DNA of 36,957 nt. Origin: Jimgerdemannia flammicorona (lineage: Eukaryota). The notes under the pieces are model-generated. The model saw only the letters and a program-made list of their open reading frames with translations. It did not search any database and was not told where the DNA came from. The translations under genes and the position numbers were made by a program. The stretch spans positions 1 to 36,957 of the forward strand of contig RBNJ01000200.1 in NCBI GenBank assembly GCA_003990765.1, read 5' to 3'. This document shows positions 36,130 through 36,957 of the stretch, in pieces; the stretch's first letter is position 1, and the number at the start of each line of letters is the position of its first letter.

Positions 36130-36845
36130 GGAGAAAGATATTAAGGAGATGTCAACCAGGTCAGGTGGACCTGAGAGAGATATGGCAACCTGTCAAACCT
36201 CTAAGAGCCTCTCTCCAAATGGCCACCCTACTCTCCCACCACACCTGTGGCAAAACAGAACCATATATAGAGAGGAAGATGTCCAGATATCTCACTGCCT
36301 CTCCTGTAGGGACAATTGTTCCAATGACATCTCCTCTTACTAGTCCATTCCCCAGTACCATTGTCTCACACTTATGCCAGTTGAGCTTTGCTCCAGAGTG
36401 CACCTTGTACCATTCCACTATCTCCTGAAGTACCTCCACATCTACCACTGAGCCAAGTCCAACTACTATATCATCTGTAAAGGCCCCTACCTCCCACACC
36501 ACACCATACACAGAGAGCTCTGCCACCTTCTGCCATATCCTATCAATCAAAGGTTCTAATGAAAGAGCATAGAGAATAGGAGACAGAGGTCTCTCAGAGA
36601 AACTCCTCTTCCTAAGGAGAATGTCAGACCTTGGTGATCATTACACATCAGTGGTGCCCTACTTCCCTCTAACAGATTCAATATAGAAGCTCGGAATTAT
36701 GTGGGAACACCAATTCTATCCAGCACCTTACCTAGTCACATCTACTGAATGTGGTCATAGGCCTTTTCCTGGTCCAAAAAGACCAGTCTCCCATCCAATC
36801 CACAAGCTCTTGCTTCTTCAATAATACTATGAACCCAGGCAGTCT
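36130..36845 (-). mobile_element. Second LINE RT fragment, inverted relative to about 33640-34340
   Basis: WEVGAFTDDIVVGLGS...SGAKLNWHKCETMVL...GTIVPTGEAVRYL closely matches the plus-strand RT. Confidence 0.9.
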
Positions 36846-36957
36846 CCTCTCTTTTTTTTTATTTTTATACTCACTTGGACTCCTTCCTTTATTAATACAC
36901 CTGTTTATCCTCTATATAATACATAGTACCCACTCCTATCTGATCTCCCTAGGAACC

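Overview
This is eukaryotic, almost certainly fungal, DNA. The gene family, intron style and repeat content suggest an early-diverging Mucoromycota-type genome, but that is inference. About 90% of the window is nested, mutation-riddled retrotransposons: at least four Ty3/Gypsy elements, a structurally complete Ngaro-type (DIRS order) tyrosine-recombinase retrotransposon with split direct repeats, and three L1/Tx1-like LINE pieces. The only intact gene is an 8-exon class I SAM-dependent methyltransferase (minus strand, 27873-26194, 341 aa) in a CpG-retaining island. The repeats have lost nearly all CpG, and the most decayed copies also show CpA/TpG->TpA changes (RIP-like). Notable points: a dUTPase between gag and protease in one Gypsy element; an uncharacterised accessory ORF family 3' of Gypsy integrase (three decayed copies); a SAP-like domain at the N-terminus of the Ngaro Gag; a CpG-protected island inside one LTR; and a Ngaro element joining two non-matching Gypsy halves. 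Boundaries of decayed domains are approximate, and all alignments were done by eye.
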